From the sequence record SRR31156797_3177: a stretch of 25,605 nt of DNA. One strand, given 5' to 3'. The position numbers and the translations under genes are program-made. Below, in pieces: positions 11,305 to 19,892 of this stretch. Under the pieces are notes generated by a model. The model was not told the origin of the DNA. It ran no database searches and saw only the letters and a program-made list of their open reading frames with translations. How positions within the stretch are numbered: position 1 is the stretch's first letter; each line of letters starts with the position of its first letter.

Positions 11305-12299
11305 ACAGCTTCACGACCCAACCAAGACACTAATAACGACATCCCTTCAGCTGTACTTACCTGTTCCTGGTAACCAAGTATATGCTTTGCCTTGTCGTGA
11401 TTGAACCAGTGCGAATGTGCCAATTGGTGAGCAAGAAAACGTGTCATTTTAGGCTCCGTTTTACATCCAACCAAGCCAAATACGCCCTCAAGAAGTGCTC
11501 CAGCCAGGTAAGCTAACCTAAACGGTACCTGTTTAGACACCTCCTCAATGCCAACCCTTGCAAACAGACTGTTGATCCACTCCCAAAGGTGCACCGGCTG
11601 CTCTTGCCCAATGAAAAATGCCTCCCCACCAGCGGAACCACTGGCGTGCAGATTTTCTGCAGCAAGAATATGAGCATGGACAACATTATCTATATAACTG
11701 ATATCGACGATATTGTCTCCCTTGCCTACAATTTTAAGCTTTCCCCCCCTACCTCGTTCAAGTAACCGTGGAATAAGGTGCTGATCCCCTGGCCCCCATA
11801 CAAGGTGTGGACGGATTGCTGCAGTCCGCAGTCCTTTGCCATCTGCTGCCAGCAGTATTTTTTCCGCTTCAATCTTACTTACGGCATAATGGCACAGTGG
11901 ACGGGCAGCATATGGCAACCGTTCGTCTTTGCCTGCAAGTGGGGCACGATCAAACACAACTGAAGGGGTCGAGGTGTAAACAAGAGCTGAGACGAACGCA
12001 TCCTGGCAAGCAGCAATAACATTTTGGGTGCCCTGGGTGTTTATCGAAAAATATTCTTCTTTAATTCCCCATATTCCTGCCTTCGCAGCGACATGAAAAA
12101 CGGTGTCGATTCCTCTAAAACTTGATTTTAAAAAATCCACATCACGAATATCACCACGATGACACCGCACCCCTAAAGCCGTCAACTGCGGATAGGAATT
12201 ACGACCTACCACAGTGACCTGAAGTCCCTTAGTAACCAATTTGCGTACGATGGCTTGACCAATAAAACCACCGCCACCAGTAACCAGTACATTTTTCAT
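11301..12299 (-). CDS. oleD: 2-alkyl-3-oxoalkanoate reductase OleD (extended SDR, 3-beta-HSD-like)
   Basis: TGGGGFIG, FHVAAKAG, YTSTPSVV, catalytic YAVSK, RPHLVWGPGD, YIDN. Fourth gene of an oleABCD run. Confidence 0.9.
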   Translation of the reverse strand: MKNVLVTGGGGFIGQAIVRKLVTKGLQVTVVGRNSYPQLTALGVRCHRGDIRDVDFLKSSFRGIDTVFHVAAKAGIWGIKEEYFSINTQGTQNVIAACQDAFVSALVYTSTPSVVFDRAPLAGKDERLPYAARPLCHYAVSKIEAEKILLAADGKGLRTAAIRPHLVWGPGDQHLIPRLLERGRGGKLKIVGKGDNIVDISYIDNVVHAHILAAENLHASGSAGGEAFFIGQEQPVHLWEWINSLFARVGIEEVSKQVPFRLAYLAGALLEGVFGLVGCKTEPKMTRFLAHQLAHSHWFNHDKAKHILGYQEQVSTAEGMSLLVSWLGREAV

Positions 12300-12355
12300 A
12301 AAATATAGATATACACGTTATTAAGCTTATGTCCTGACCAGGTCATCGTTACTCA

Positions 12356-13996
12356 TCAATCATGACACCCGACTTTACGTCCGGCCCAAAGAGCAAGCTG
12401 CTCACGGAAAATTTTAGCATTATGTCTAATATCAACAGGAAAACCGGGGTGGACAAGAAAGGTCTCTATCTCTTGGGTGATAGTGTTTGCAGCGGCTAAG
12501 GACTTGAGTTGCTGAAACAAGATTTCTTGGTGACGATTTTTCTGATTAAGCTCAACAATTAACACTGGCTTTTGCTTCCCTTTTTTTCCAACCCCTACAA
12601 GAGCCGAACGAAACACTGACGGATGTTCATTAAAAATTGCCTCACAGGGAATAGTGTATAAAATTCCAAGGTCCGTAAAAACCCTGTGTGCCTTGCGCCC
12701 ACAAAACCATAAACGTCCTTGGTCATCAAAGTAGCCCATATCCCCCATCCGGTGCCAAAACGTTTGCCCGTCAACAATTTTTGAATTGGCATTTTCTTGG
12801 GTATTACTGTCATAGGCTTTAGTAACCACCGGGCCCTTAACGACAATTTCCCCAATTTCACCGGTACCCAGTTCAACAGCTTTATTCCACTCAAATAACG
12901 GTCCTTCACAGGGAGTGATAACTTTAATCGTAATCCCAGGTAAAGGCTTGCCAACACAGGTCCCTCGTCCCCGCTGAGTCTGCTGCCAGGTTTCGTGGAC
13001 AACCTCATGACCCTCTATTGCTGCTATGGGAAGGCTTTCTGTGGCACCATAGGGCGTAAATACCTGCCCATCATTCTCCATTATCTGTTGCAGGCTCTGG
13101 GTAAGCGTCCCGGGAACGGGAGCACCAGCCATGAGAATCTTTTTCACAGGCAGTTTGATCCCGTTTTCCAGACAATATCGGCTGACTACACTCCAGATGG
13201 CGGGAGAGCCAAAAGAATAGGTGACGTCATACTCCAAAATGGATTTAACGAACTTCTCGGGGGTAACTTTTGCAGGTCGGGTCGGATCCATGTCCGGAAT
13301 AACAGCTGTCGCTCCCAAGGCAATTGAAAAGAGGCCGAATAATGGAAATCCTGGTTGATCGATATCTCCTTCTCCGATGCCAAAGTAATCCCTGATCAAC
13401 TCCAGTTGAGCATGAAAAATGCCATGTGTATACTGGACGCCCTTTGGAGGTCCAGTGGATCCGGTGGTAAAGATAATGGCTGCCAAATCATCGACATCGG
13501 CTTTGAAATGCGGGAGTTCAGGCCTGAACATTTTTGTATTAGAAGCATCAATTTCTTTCAGACAAGGTCCCTGCCAAAATATAGAATTTCCGACACAAAT
13601 ACTGGTGCGAAGTGACACAAAGGGTTTATAAAAAATTTTACTGAAATAAATTGCTTTGGGAATACCAATCAAAATATCTGGCCTGACAGCACCAATGCAA
13701 CGCAATAAATTCCTATATCCCATTCCTGGATCAATCAGGATAACCACCGCTCCAAGTTGAAACAGAGAAAAAGTCAGGCATATGAACTCAACCGACGGCT
13801 TAACCATCAGCATGACTCTGTCCCCTTTCTTTACTCCAAGCTCATGAATTTCTCCGACATAATCATTGGCAATGGCTGACAGCTCTTGAAATGACCAAGA
13901 CTGCCAGCCGCCCTTACACGGAGCAGCAAGCCCTCTCTTGTTTTTCAGTTTCTGAGCAACCTGTTCAAGAACATTCCCGATATTATAATCTATCAT
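12356..13996 (-). CDS. oleC: Olefin beta-lactone synthetase OleC (ANL / AMP-dependent ligase family)
   Basis: LIDPGMG, AMP-binding FTTGSTGPPKG, TPYGATE, WHRMGD, WFCGRKAHRV and the OleC-type C-terminal PVDIRHNAKI. Start set at ATG 13996 after a GAGGGG SD. Confidence 0.92.
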   Translation of the reverse strand: MIDYNIGNVLEQVAQKLKNKRGLAAPCKGGWQSWSFQELSAIANDYVGEIHELGVKKGDRVMLMVKPSVEFICLTFSLFQLGAVVILIDPGMGYRNLLRCIGAVRPDILIGIPKAIYFSKIFYKPFVSLRTSICVGNSIFWQGPCLKEIDASNTKMFRPELPHFKADVDDLAAIIFTTGSTGPPKGVQYTHGIFHAQLELIRDYFGIGEGDIDQPGFPLFGLFSIALGATAVIPDMDPTRPAKVTPEKFVKSILEYDVTYSFGSPAIWSVVSRYCLENGIKLPVKKILMAGAPVPGTLTQSLQQIMENDGQVFTPYGATESLPIAAIEGHEVVHETWQQTQRGRGTCVGKPLPGITIKVITPCEGPLFEWNKAVELGTGEIGEIVVKGPVVTKAYDSNTQENANSKIVDGQTFWHRMGDMGYFDDQGRLWFCGRKAHRVFTDLGILYTIPCEAIFNEHPSVFRSALVGVGKKGKQKPVLIVELNQKNRHQEILFQQLKSLAAANTITQEIETFLVHPGFPVDIRHNAKIFREQLALWAGRKVGCHD

Positions 13997-14008
13997 GACC
14001 CCTCTCAA

Positions 14009-14866
14009 TTATTGTTCCAGGAAACCTTTAATTAGAGGAAAAATATCTGGTAACGCATCTTCTAGTACGTAGTGCCCAGCCTCAGGAAAATAATGTCCTT
14101 GGGCATCTGGAAAACGAGCGAGCCATTCGTCATAAAAATGCCGGGTAAAACAAAAATCCTTCCCCCCCCAACAGATAAGCATGGGATGCTGTTGCAATCG
14201 TTCAAGGGATCGTTCAACTTCGACCAGACAGTTCCATGAAGGGTGATCTGCTGTTAATGGTATATCCTGGACAAATCTGAGAATCGCAATTCTATTTTTC
14301 CAGCTATCATAGGGGGCTAAAAAACCAGCTGCCACATCCCTGTGCATTTTTTTGGTCACAGCCATAAAAAGAGCGGCCCGGGCAAACCCGTTAAGCCCAC
14401 GGACCAAAAAATCGCCGATAACCGGCCAACGGCAGACAGCAATGCGAAATGGTATTCGCTTTGACCTGAAAGCAGCTGTATTCAAGACTACCACCTTCTT
14501 TACAATCTCAGAATTTCTCCCAGCCCATCCCATGCCTATTGCCCCACCCCAATCGTGGACCACCAGTATACACTCCTTAATCTGTAAATGGGCTAAAAGG
14601 GCTTCAAGGTTGGCAATATGATTTTGAAGGGAATAGTCATACTGCAAGGGCTTATCAGAAAAACCGCACCCAAGGTGATCGGGGACGATTAAACGAAAAT
14701 AACCAGAAAGCTGAGAAACCAGTTTCCGGTAAAGATAAGACCAGGAAGGATTCCCGTGAACACAGACAACCACTGGCCCTTCCCCTTCATCAAGGTATGC
14801 CATTCCCCCCCCACCTACCCTGAATCGTCTGGGAGTAAATGGATACTCTACAAGTTGGTGCATCAT
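14009..14866 (-). CDS. oleB: beta-lactone decarboxylase OleB (haloalkane-dehalogenase-like alpha/beta hydrolase)
   Basis: HGNPSWS, PDHLGCGFSDKP, nucleophile elbow HDWGG, GHYVLED. Lies between oleA and oleC. The start is ATG 14866 or 14863. Confidence 0.9.
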   Translation of the reverse strand: MMHQLVEYPFTPRRFRVGGGGMAYLDEGEGPVVVCVHGNPSWSYLYRKLVSQLSGYFRLIVPDHLGCGFSDKPLQYDYSLQNHIANLEALLAHLQIKECILVVHDWGGAIGMGWAGRNSEIVKKVVVLNTAAFRSKRIPFRIAVCRWPVIGDFLVRGLNGFARAALFMAVTKKMHRDVAAGFLAPYDSWKNRIAILRFVQDIPLTADHPSWNCLVEVERSLERLQQHPMLICWGGKDFCFTRHFYDEWLARFPDAQGHYFPEAGHYVLEDALPDIFPLIKGFLEQ

Positions 14867-14868
14867 GG

Positions 14869-15903
14869 TTACCACTCTATGCCAAGCATCAGCGAATTAA
14901 TCCCTGAGCCTATTCCAAGTAAGGCTGCTTTTTGGCCTGCTGCAAGCTTGCCCTGTTCAATCCCCATCGCCATGGTTACAGGTGCTGACACAGAACCTAC
15001 ATTACCTAGGACTGGCAGGGTTTCAAAATTTTTACGAGGATCCAGCTCCAATCGTGTGAAAAGAGCCTGAGCATGCGCTTTCCCTACCTGGTGACAAAAA
15101 AAGCGGTCGATGTCCTCTCCTGACCAACCAAGCTCACGTTGAAACCCGTGCCAACAACCGACTGCAGTTTCAATCCCCTGAAGTAACAGCTCCTCAGAAT
15201 CAGTGGACATCAATGTGCCCTGTTCGGAGTTTTGCCCCCCCTGGCAAAGATGATTATAGGCTGTATTGGCCCTACAGCTACCGCCTATCAAAGAATGACC
15301 TGTATCGAGAACACGCTTATCTGACATAACAATAGCCACCGCACCAGAACCAATGGTAAGAGAGGCAAACAAAGGTTTTACACTCTTCCTGGTAAGAGAT
15401 CTTTCCTCAAGCATGTGCCGCATGGTCGACTCAACCAAGTCCTCTGCAGTTTCTCCGGCAACAATCACCCCTGAGCGAACCTGCCCAAGCTCAATCATAT
15501 TGGCAAGCATGATCATGCCGTTCAGAAATCCAAGGCAAGCATTGGAAAGATCAAATAAATGGCAGGCATTGGGAAGTTCCAAAGACTGATGGACAAATGC
15601 TGCTGTGGCAGGTTCCATCATGTCCCGACTTACAGAGGTAAAAATAAGACAACCGATATCAGCTCTATCCACGCCAGAACGTTCAAGAGCCGCCTTTCCT
15701 GCCTGAGCAGCCCCTTCACTTGGTCTAGAGCCTTTATTCCACAAACGCCTGCTTTTGATACCGCTCATTAACTCCAGCCGACCGTGTGGGAGTTTCAACC
15801 GCTCATACAAGGGGGCAAGACGGCCTTCGATATCATCTGAGGTAAGAGTGATGGGTGGCAGCGCATACCCAAATTCATGCAGACAAACATTTGAAAATTG
15901 CAT
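14869..15903 (-). CDS. oleA: Head-to-head acyl condensing enzyme OleA (thiolase / KAS III fold)
   Basis: OleA-type catalytic set: Glu in EPATA, Cys in NACLGF, His in HQVG, Asn in GNVGS. Also ASLTIGSGA and the C-terminal GIGSGIN..W. Confidence 0.92.
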   Translation of the reverse strand: MQFSNVCLHEFGYALPPITLTSDDIEGRLAPLYERLKLPHGRLELMSGIKSRRLWNKGSRPSEGAAQAGKAALERSGVDRADIGCLIFTSVSRDMMEPATAAFVHQSLELPNACHLFDLSNACLGFLNGMIMLANMIELGQVRSGVIVAGETAEDLVESTMRHMLEERSLTRKSVKPLFASLTIGSGAVAIVMSDKRVLDTGHSLIGGSCRANTAYNHLCQGGQNSEQGTLMSTDSEELLLQGIETAVGCWHGFQRELGWSGEDIDRFFCHQVGKAHAQALFTRLELDPRKNFETLPVLGNVGSVSAPVTMAMGIEQGKLAAGQKAALLGIGSGINSLMLGIEW

Positions 15904-15945
15904 TATCTATGAGGTGATAAATTGAAATTAAACGGCTTTAAGTTA

Positions 15946-16188
15946 TTAGTCTTCAGGTGGATAGAACCCTTGAGCCCAGGTTAATAAAAGGGCTGCAAGA
16001 GCGACATCGTCGAGGATACCCACAACCGGCACCCATTCTGGAATAATATCATAGGGAGAAATTACATACAGCAACCCGCTGCCAAGAATTATTTTAACGT
16101 ACAGCGGTGTCTCTTTAGAGAAAAAGACAGCAACGGCATGTCTGGCCATCTGCACAACTCTATTCAGCATGTTTCCCCGCGACTGCAT
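15946..16188 (-). CDS. YkvA / DUF1232 family small membrane protein
   Basis: LLYVISPYDIIPEWVPVVGILDD matches the DUF1232 pattern Y..SP.D.IPD.iP..G.lDD. Alternative start at ATG 16170. Confidence 0.85.
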   Translation of the reverse strand: MQSRGNMLNRVVQMARHAVAVFFSKETPLYVKIILGSGLLYVISPYDIIPEWVPVVGILDDVALAALLLTWAQGFYPPED

Positions 16189-16224
16189 TCATATACGGTG
16201 CTGACCTTACCAGGCTACCTCTTT

Positions 16225-17025
16225 TCAGATGGAGGCTTTGGCTACAATCTCAGCATCAAAATAATTCATTCCCATGCCAGCATCGACTACTAAGCATTGA
16301 CCATTAATTCCAGAGGATCTAGGAGACAGTAAAAAGGCCGCAACATTTGCGGCTTCATCAGTTTTCAGTGCTTTTTTTCGCAGTGTCGCCTTTTCAGCAA
16401 ATAGATAACTGTCAATATAGCCTGGAATGCCTGCAGAAGCAGAAGTCTTCAACAAGCCCGGACACACAGCATTAAATCTGACTTCAGAAAAAGCGGAAAA
16501 ACTCTTTGCCAAAAAACAGATTGAGGATTCCAAAGCAGCCTTCACTGGTGCCATGTAGCCATAATTTTCAGCAGCCATTCGAGTAGTAGAGATGGAGATG
16601 GTTACGAGGGCAGCCTGTTTAGCAAGCAATGATCGAAAATGATTTGCAATTGAAATAAAGGAAAAACAACTGATATCAACCGCCTGGAGGAAATCTCTTT
16701 TGAGTGTTTCGTGAAAGGGTTTGAGGCCTTCAGAATAATTAGCAAATGCTATTGAGTGGACAATACCATCCACAGGACCATCAAGACCGCGTTCAATTTG
16801 ATCCCGAACAGCAATAATATTTTCTTCATTTTCGACATCACAAATAAAAACTTTGCTTTCCGGAAAAAGCTTTGCCGCCGTCTCTGCTCGCTGTTCAGAT
16901 CTCACTACATGGATGACCTCAGCACCAGCTTCAACCAGTACCCGACCGATGCGGCAGGCAACAGATTTTTTATTGGCTAGTCCAAAAATAATAATTTTAC
17001 GCCCTGTTACACCTAAAAAATCCAC
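16225..17025 (-). CDS. fabI: Enoyl-ACP reductase, FabI-like (cluster-specific paralog)
   Basis: [19 protein letters not shown], catalytic Y-x2-M-x3-K (YGYMAPVK), KAALES, VDAG. The GTG start abuts the fabZ stop. Confidence 0.85.
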   Translation of the reverse strand: MDFLGVTGRKIIIFGLANKKSVACRIGRVLVEAGAEVIHVVRSEQRAETAAKLFPESKVFICDVENEENIIAVRDQIERGLDGPVDGIVHSIAFANYSEGLKPFHETLKRDFLQAVDISCFSFISIANHFRSLLAKQAALVTISISTTRMAAENYGYMAPVKAALESSICFLAKSFSAFSEVRFNAVCPGLLKTSASAGIPGYIDSYLFAEKATLRKKALKTDEAANVAAFLLSPRSSGINGQCLVVDAGMGMNYFDAEIVAKASI

Positions 17026-17484
17026 TTAATCCCCTTTGAGTGCGCAGGCAAACTCAACCTGCACTGCAATTTTACCACGAACTCTGACATTTCCTTTCAA
17101 AAACCAGGCAGTTCCAAGTCTTTCGACTAAGCTTGCAGCAATTTCAATTGTGTCTCCAGGGCCAACTTCACGCTTAAACCTGGCATTCAAAATTCTTGTT
17201 AACACCGGAATGCTGCCGACTTGCTTTGGTTCGCCTTTTTGCTGCTGCTTATGCATCAATTCACTGATATAAACTGCTCCAGCCTGAAACACTGCCTCAC
17301 ACAGCAGCACTCCCGGCATAATCGGATAATCGGGATAATGTCCCCGAAAAAGGTCCAGGTTTTCAGGAATCGTCTTCTTTGCCTGAATCCCATCTTCGTT
17401 GATATCAGTAATTTCATCCAGCCAAAGAAAAGGAGGTCGATGGGGAATTCTGGAATGAAGATATTGTTGGTCACTTATTTCCAT
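17026..17484 (-). CDS. fabZ: 3-hydroxyacyl-ACP dehydratase, FabZ-like
   Basis: IPHRPPFLWLD and FRGHYPDYPIMPGVLLCEA (His/Glu dyad), ARFK..V.PGD. TAATG overlap with fabG. Confidence 0.88.
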   Translation of the reverse strand: MEISDQQYLHSRIPHRPPFLWLDEITDINEDGIQAKKTIPENLDLFRGHYPDYPIMPGVLLCEAVFQAGAVYISELMHKQQQKGEPKQVGSIPVLTRILNARFKREVGPGDTIEIAASLVERLGTAWFLKGNVRVRGKIAVQVEFACALKGD

Positions 17485-18224
17485 TACAGCCCTCCGGTAA
17501 CCTCAAGCACAGCACCATTGATGTACGTGGCATTGTCACTGGCAAGAAATAAAACCGCATCAGCCACCTCTTGAGGAGTGCCGAAACGCCGTTGCGGCAC
17601 CATCTTTTTATATTCTTTGAGCTGATTCTCGTTAAGGTCATCAATAAAATCAGTGGCAATAAAACCCGGTGATACACAATTGGCCGTAATTTTTCGTTTG
17701 CCCACTTCTTTTGAAAGTGATTTCATCAGGCCGACCTGGCCTGCCTTTGATGCAGCATAATTGGCTTGACCGGCAAACCCAAGATGCCCCATGGGTGAGG
17801 TAATAAAAACAATCCGACCATACTTCTGTTTCAGCATGAGAGGCAGTACGCATTTAGACATGATATAGCCGCCAGTGAGATTGACATCAATAACGCGACG
17901 CCAGTCCTCTTCTTTCATCATAGCCACTACAGCATCACGCCGGACCCCGGCATTGTTAACCAGGATGTCCACGGTATCATACCTATCTTCCACCTCGGCA
18001 AAAAAAACAGCAACGGCTTCATAGTCACTCACATCGAGTTGCTGAAGCAACAGGCGTCCATCAAAACGAGCACACTCCTGTTCCAACTGATTTGCGGCCT
18101 CTTTATTACCACCATAAACACCAAGAACCTCAGCACCACCGGCAAGCAGTGACAGCGTGATTGCCTTTCCAATGCCACGGGTTGCCCCGGTCACAACAGC
18201 TTTCTTTCCCTTAAAATCAGCCAT
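17484..18224 (-). CDS. fabG: 3-oxoacyl-ACP reductase, FabG-like
   Basis: TGATRGIG, LVNNAG, GQANYAASK, PGFIATD. Confidence 0.9.
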   Translation of the reverse strand: MADFKGKKAVVTGATRGIGKAITLSLLAGGAEVLGVYGGNKEAANQLEQECARFDGRLLLQQLDVSDYEAVAVFFAEVEDRYDTVDILVNNAGVRRDAVVAMMKEEDWRRVIDVNLTGGYIMSKCVLPLMLKQKYGRIVFITSPMGHLGFAGQANYAASKAGQVGLMKSLSKEVGKRKITANCVSPGFIATDFIDDLNENQLKEYKKMVPQRRFGTPQEVADAVLFLASDNATYINGAVLEVTGGL

Positions 18225-18283
18225 ATCCCTACACAGTAATATTCAAGTATGCATTCCGGTTATCCTTACAGAAGCCAACGCCC

Positions 18284-19696
18284 TCATCCCTGCTCGCGCA
18301 GGTAGCCGTCAACATCATGAGCTGCAATCACGCCATAGTTAATGGCTCCCAGCCAACCACTCATAATAATCCCCACAGAACCAACATGATAAAGGCCGGG
18401 TAAGGCCTTGTGGAGTGATCTGGAGATGTCAAGACCTTCAAATTTGGTCCCAAAAGAGGTTCCCCTGGTATGCAAGGTATATCGGTTAAAGGTTCTGGGA
18501 GTAGCTGATTCAACTGTATCAATTTTGCCTCTTATATCAGGAACATATCGTTCCAGATCAACTAGACACCTCTCGATCATTGCCTGCTTTGCCTGCTGAT
18601 ACTCGTTTGGTTCCAACCCAGCCCAATCTGCATAATTGGCGTTCATCGACGCGACGATAGTATAATCAGGTTTTTCCGGTCTTGTTTTGGGATAATATAC
18701 TGAAAAAGTTCGGCTCCTCGTCTCCATACCCCGCATCTCCTCGGCAGAGTATTCCTCTGCGGTGGAGGTAAACAACAGGTCGCCGATATCGTCAATGGTC
18801 TCTCCCTTACGAATACCAAAATACACCTGACAACTGGAGTTATTCACCTCAACCTTATCATGCTTGGCTAGGAAATCAGGGGAAAACATCTCTCTTCCGG
18901 CAAGGTTATCAATGGTATTGGTAATGCCAGCATTGGAAACAACAGCAGTTGCACCTACCTGTTTCCCGTTGACAATAACCCCACAGGTTTTACCATGATC
19001 GACCAGAACCTTTTCCACCTTGGCACCGGTACAAATTGTAACCCCCTTTTGCTGCAATTCTTTTGCCATCAGGCCAATAAGCGTATCTGTTCCGCCTTCA
19101 AAAGTATAGACTCCCCGGTTCATGAAATTTGAAAACACAATGCCGTAGGTTATTGCAGGTTCATCCATAGTAGACCCATTTGCATACGAAATGGGCTCCA
19201 TAAGCAGGCGGTGTATATCGGTCCGGCCCGGAAAAAACGTATCAAACAATTCTCTGGTGGTCATTGTTTGATCGTCGTAGAAATTCATGCCGTCGACAGT
19301 GGTAAAAAAATCATTGACGGTCTGAGTGGCGACACCAAAAGTCTCATGGAGGATACGAATAAAATCCTCTTTGCTAAAAGTCGTCGTCAGGGAGAATTGG
19401 GGGTTATCAAAAACAATCTTCGGCAATTGGACAATCCGGTCACGAATCTCTTTACCCCAGTATTTTTTACAGGTCTTCACCATCCCGTAGGGAAATCCGT
19501 GCAGGGAAACATCAAAAATATGCCCCCCCCGTTTAAACCAAGTCGCTAAACCACCAAGCTGGATATGGTGTTCAAGCAGCAACACTGAGTGTCCGGCATT
19601 GGCTAGCCTGTTTGCGCATGTCATTCCGCCAAGTCCTGACCCAATGACAACCACGTCATAGCAGTTTTCAAGCGTATCAAAAGAAGAATATTTCAT
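18284..19696 (-). CDS. Phytoene desaturase (CrtI) / retinol-saturase family FAD-dependent oxidoreductase, paralog 2
   Basis: Rossmann motif VIGSGLGG, LLLEHHIQLGG, FKRGGHIFDVSLH, FEGG, ATPRTFNRYT..GTSFG, GLYHVG. AAGGA SD upstream. The substrate is unknown. Confidence 0.85.
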   Translation of the reverse strand: MKYSSFDTLENCYDVVVIGSGLGGMTCANRLANAGHSVLLLEHHIQLGGLATWFKRGGHIFDVSLHGFPYGMVKTCKKYWGKEIRDRIVQLPKIVFDNPQFSLTTTFSKEDFIRILHETFGVATQTVNDFFTTVDGMNFYDDQTMTTRELFDTFFPGRTDIHRLLMEPISYANGSTMDEPAITYGIVFSNFMNRGVYTFEGGTDTLIGLMAKELQQKGVTICTGAKVEKVLVDHGKTCGVIVNGKQVGATAVVSNAGITNTIDNLAGREMFSPDFLAKHDKVEVNNSSCQVYFGIRKGETIDDIGDLLFTSTAEEYSAEEMRGMETRSRTFSVYYPKTRPEKPDYTIVASMNANYADWAGLEPNEYQQAKQAMIERCLVDLERYVPDIRGKIDTVESATPRTFNRYTLHTRGTSFGTKFEGLDISRSLHKALPGLYHVGSVGIIMSGWLGAINYGVIAAHDVDGYLREQG

Positions 19697-19726
19697 ATGT
19701 CCTTTATGCTGTTACGTAGCCGTGTC

Positions 19727-19892
19727 TAGGGGCTGCTGGATAATTTCTTTTTCCCCACCTCGGCGTTTTTTTCAAAAAACCAAACTCGCTGCTCGCAAGC
19801 GTAGACTAGACTCCGATACCAATTACATACCAGTGCTTGGTAGCTCTACATCCCCTGCCCTGAGAAAAAAACTATTCTCCAACAGATTCCTA
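19727..19892. mobile_element. Degenerate MITE-like / palindromic repeat element (about 166 bp)
   Basis: The left end TAGGGGCTGCTGGATAATTTCTTTTTCCCCA aligns with the reverse complement of the right end TAGGAATCTGTTGGAGAATAGTTTTTTTCTCA at about 22 of 32 positions by eye. It is bounded by CTAG on the left and CTAA on the right, and no transposase is encoded. Confidence 0.45.

Noticed and set aside
14009-14866. Annotation as a haloalkane dehalogenase
   Set aside because: OleB belongs to the same family, and the position between oleA and oleC supports a beta-lactone decarboxylase.
15911-15984. Plus-strand GAGGTGA followed by a 20-codon TTG ORF antisense to the DUF1232 gene
   Set aside because: Very short, weak start codon, antisense within an operon and no supporting promoter.
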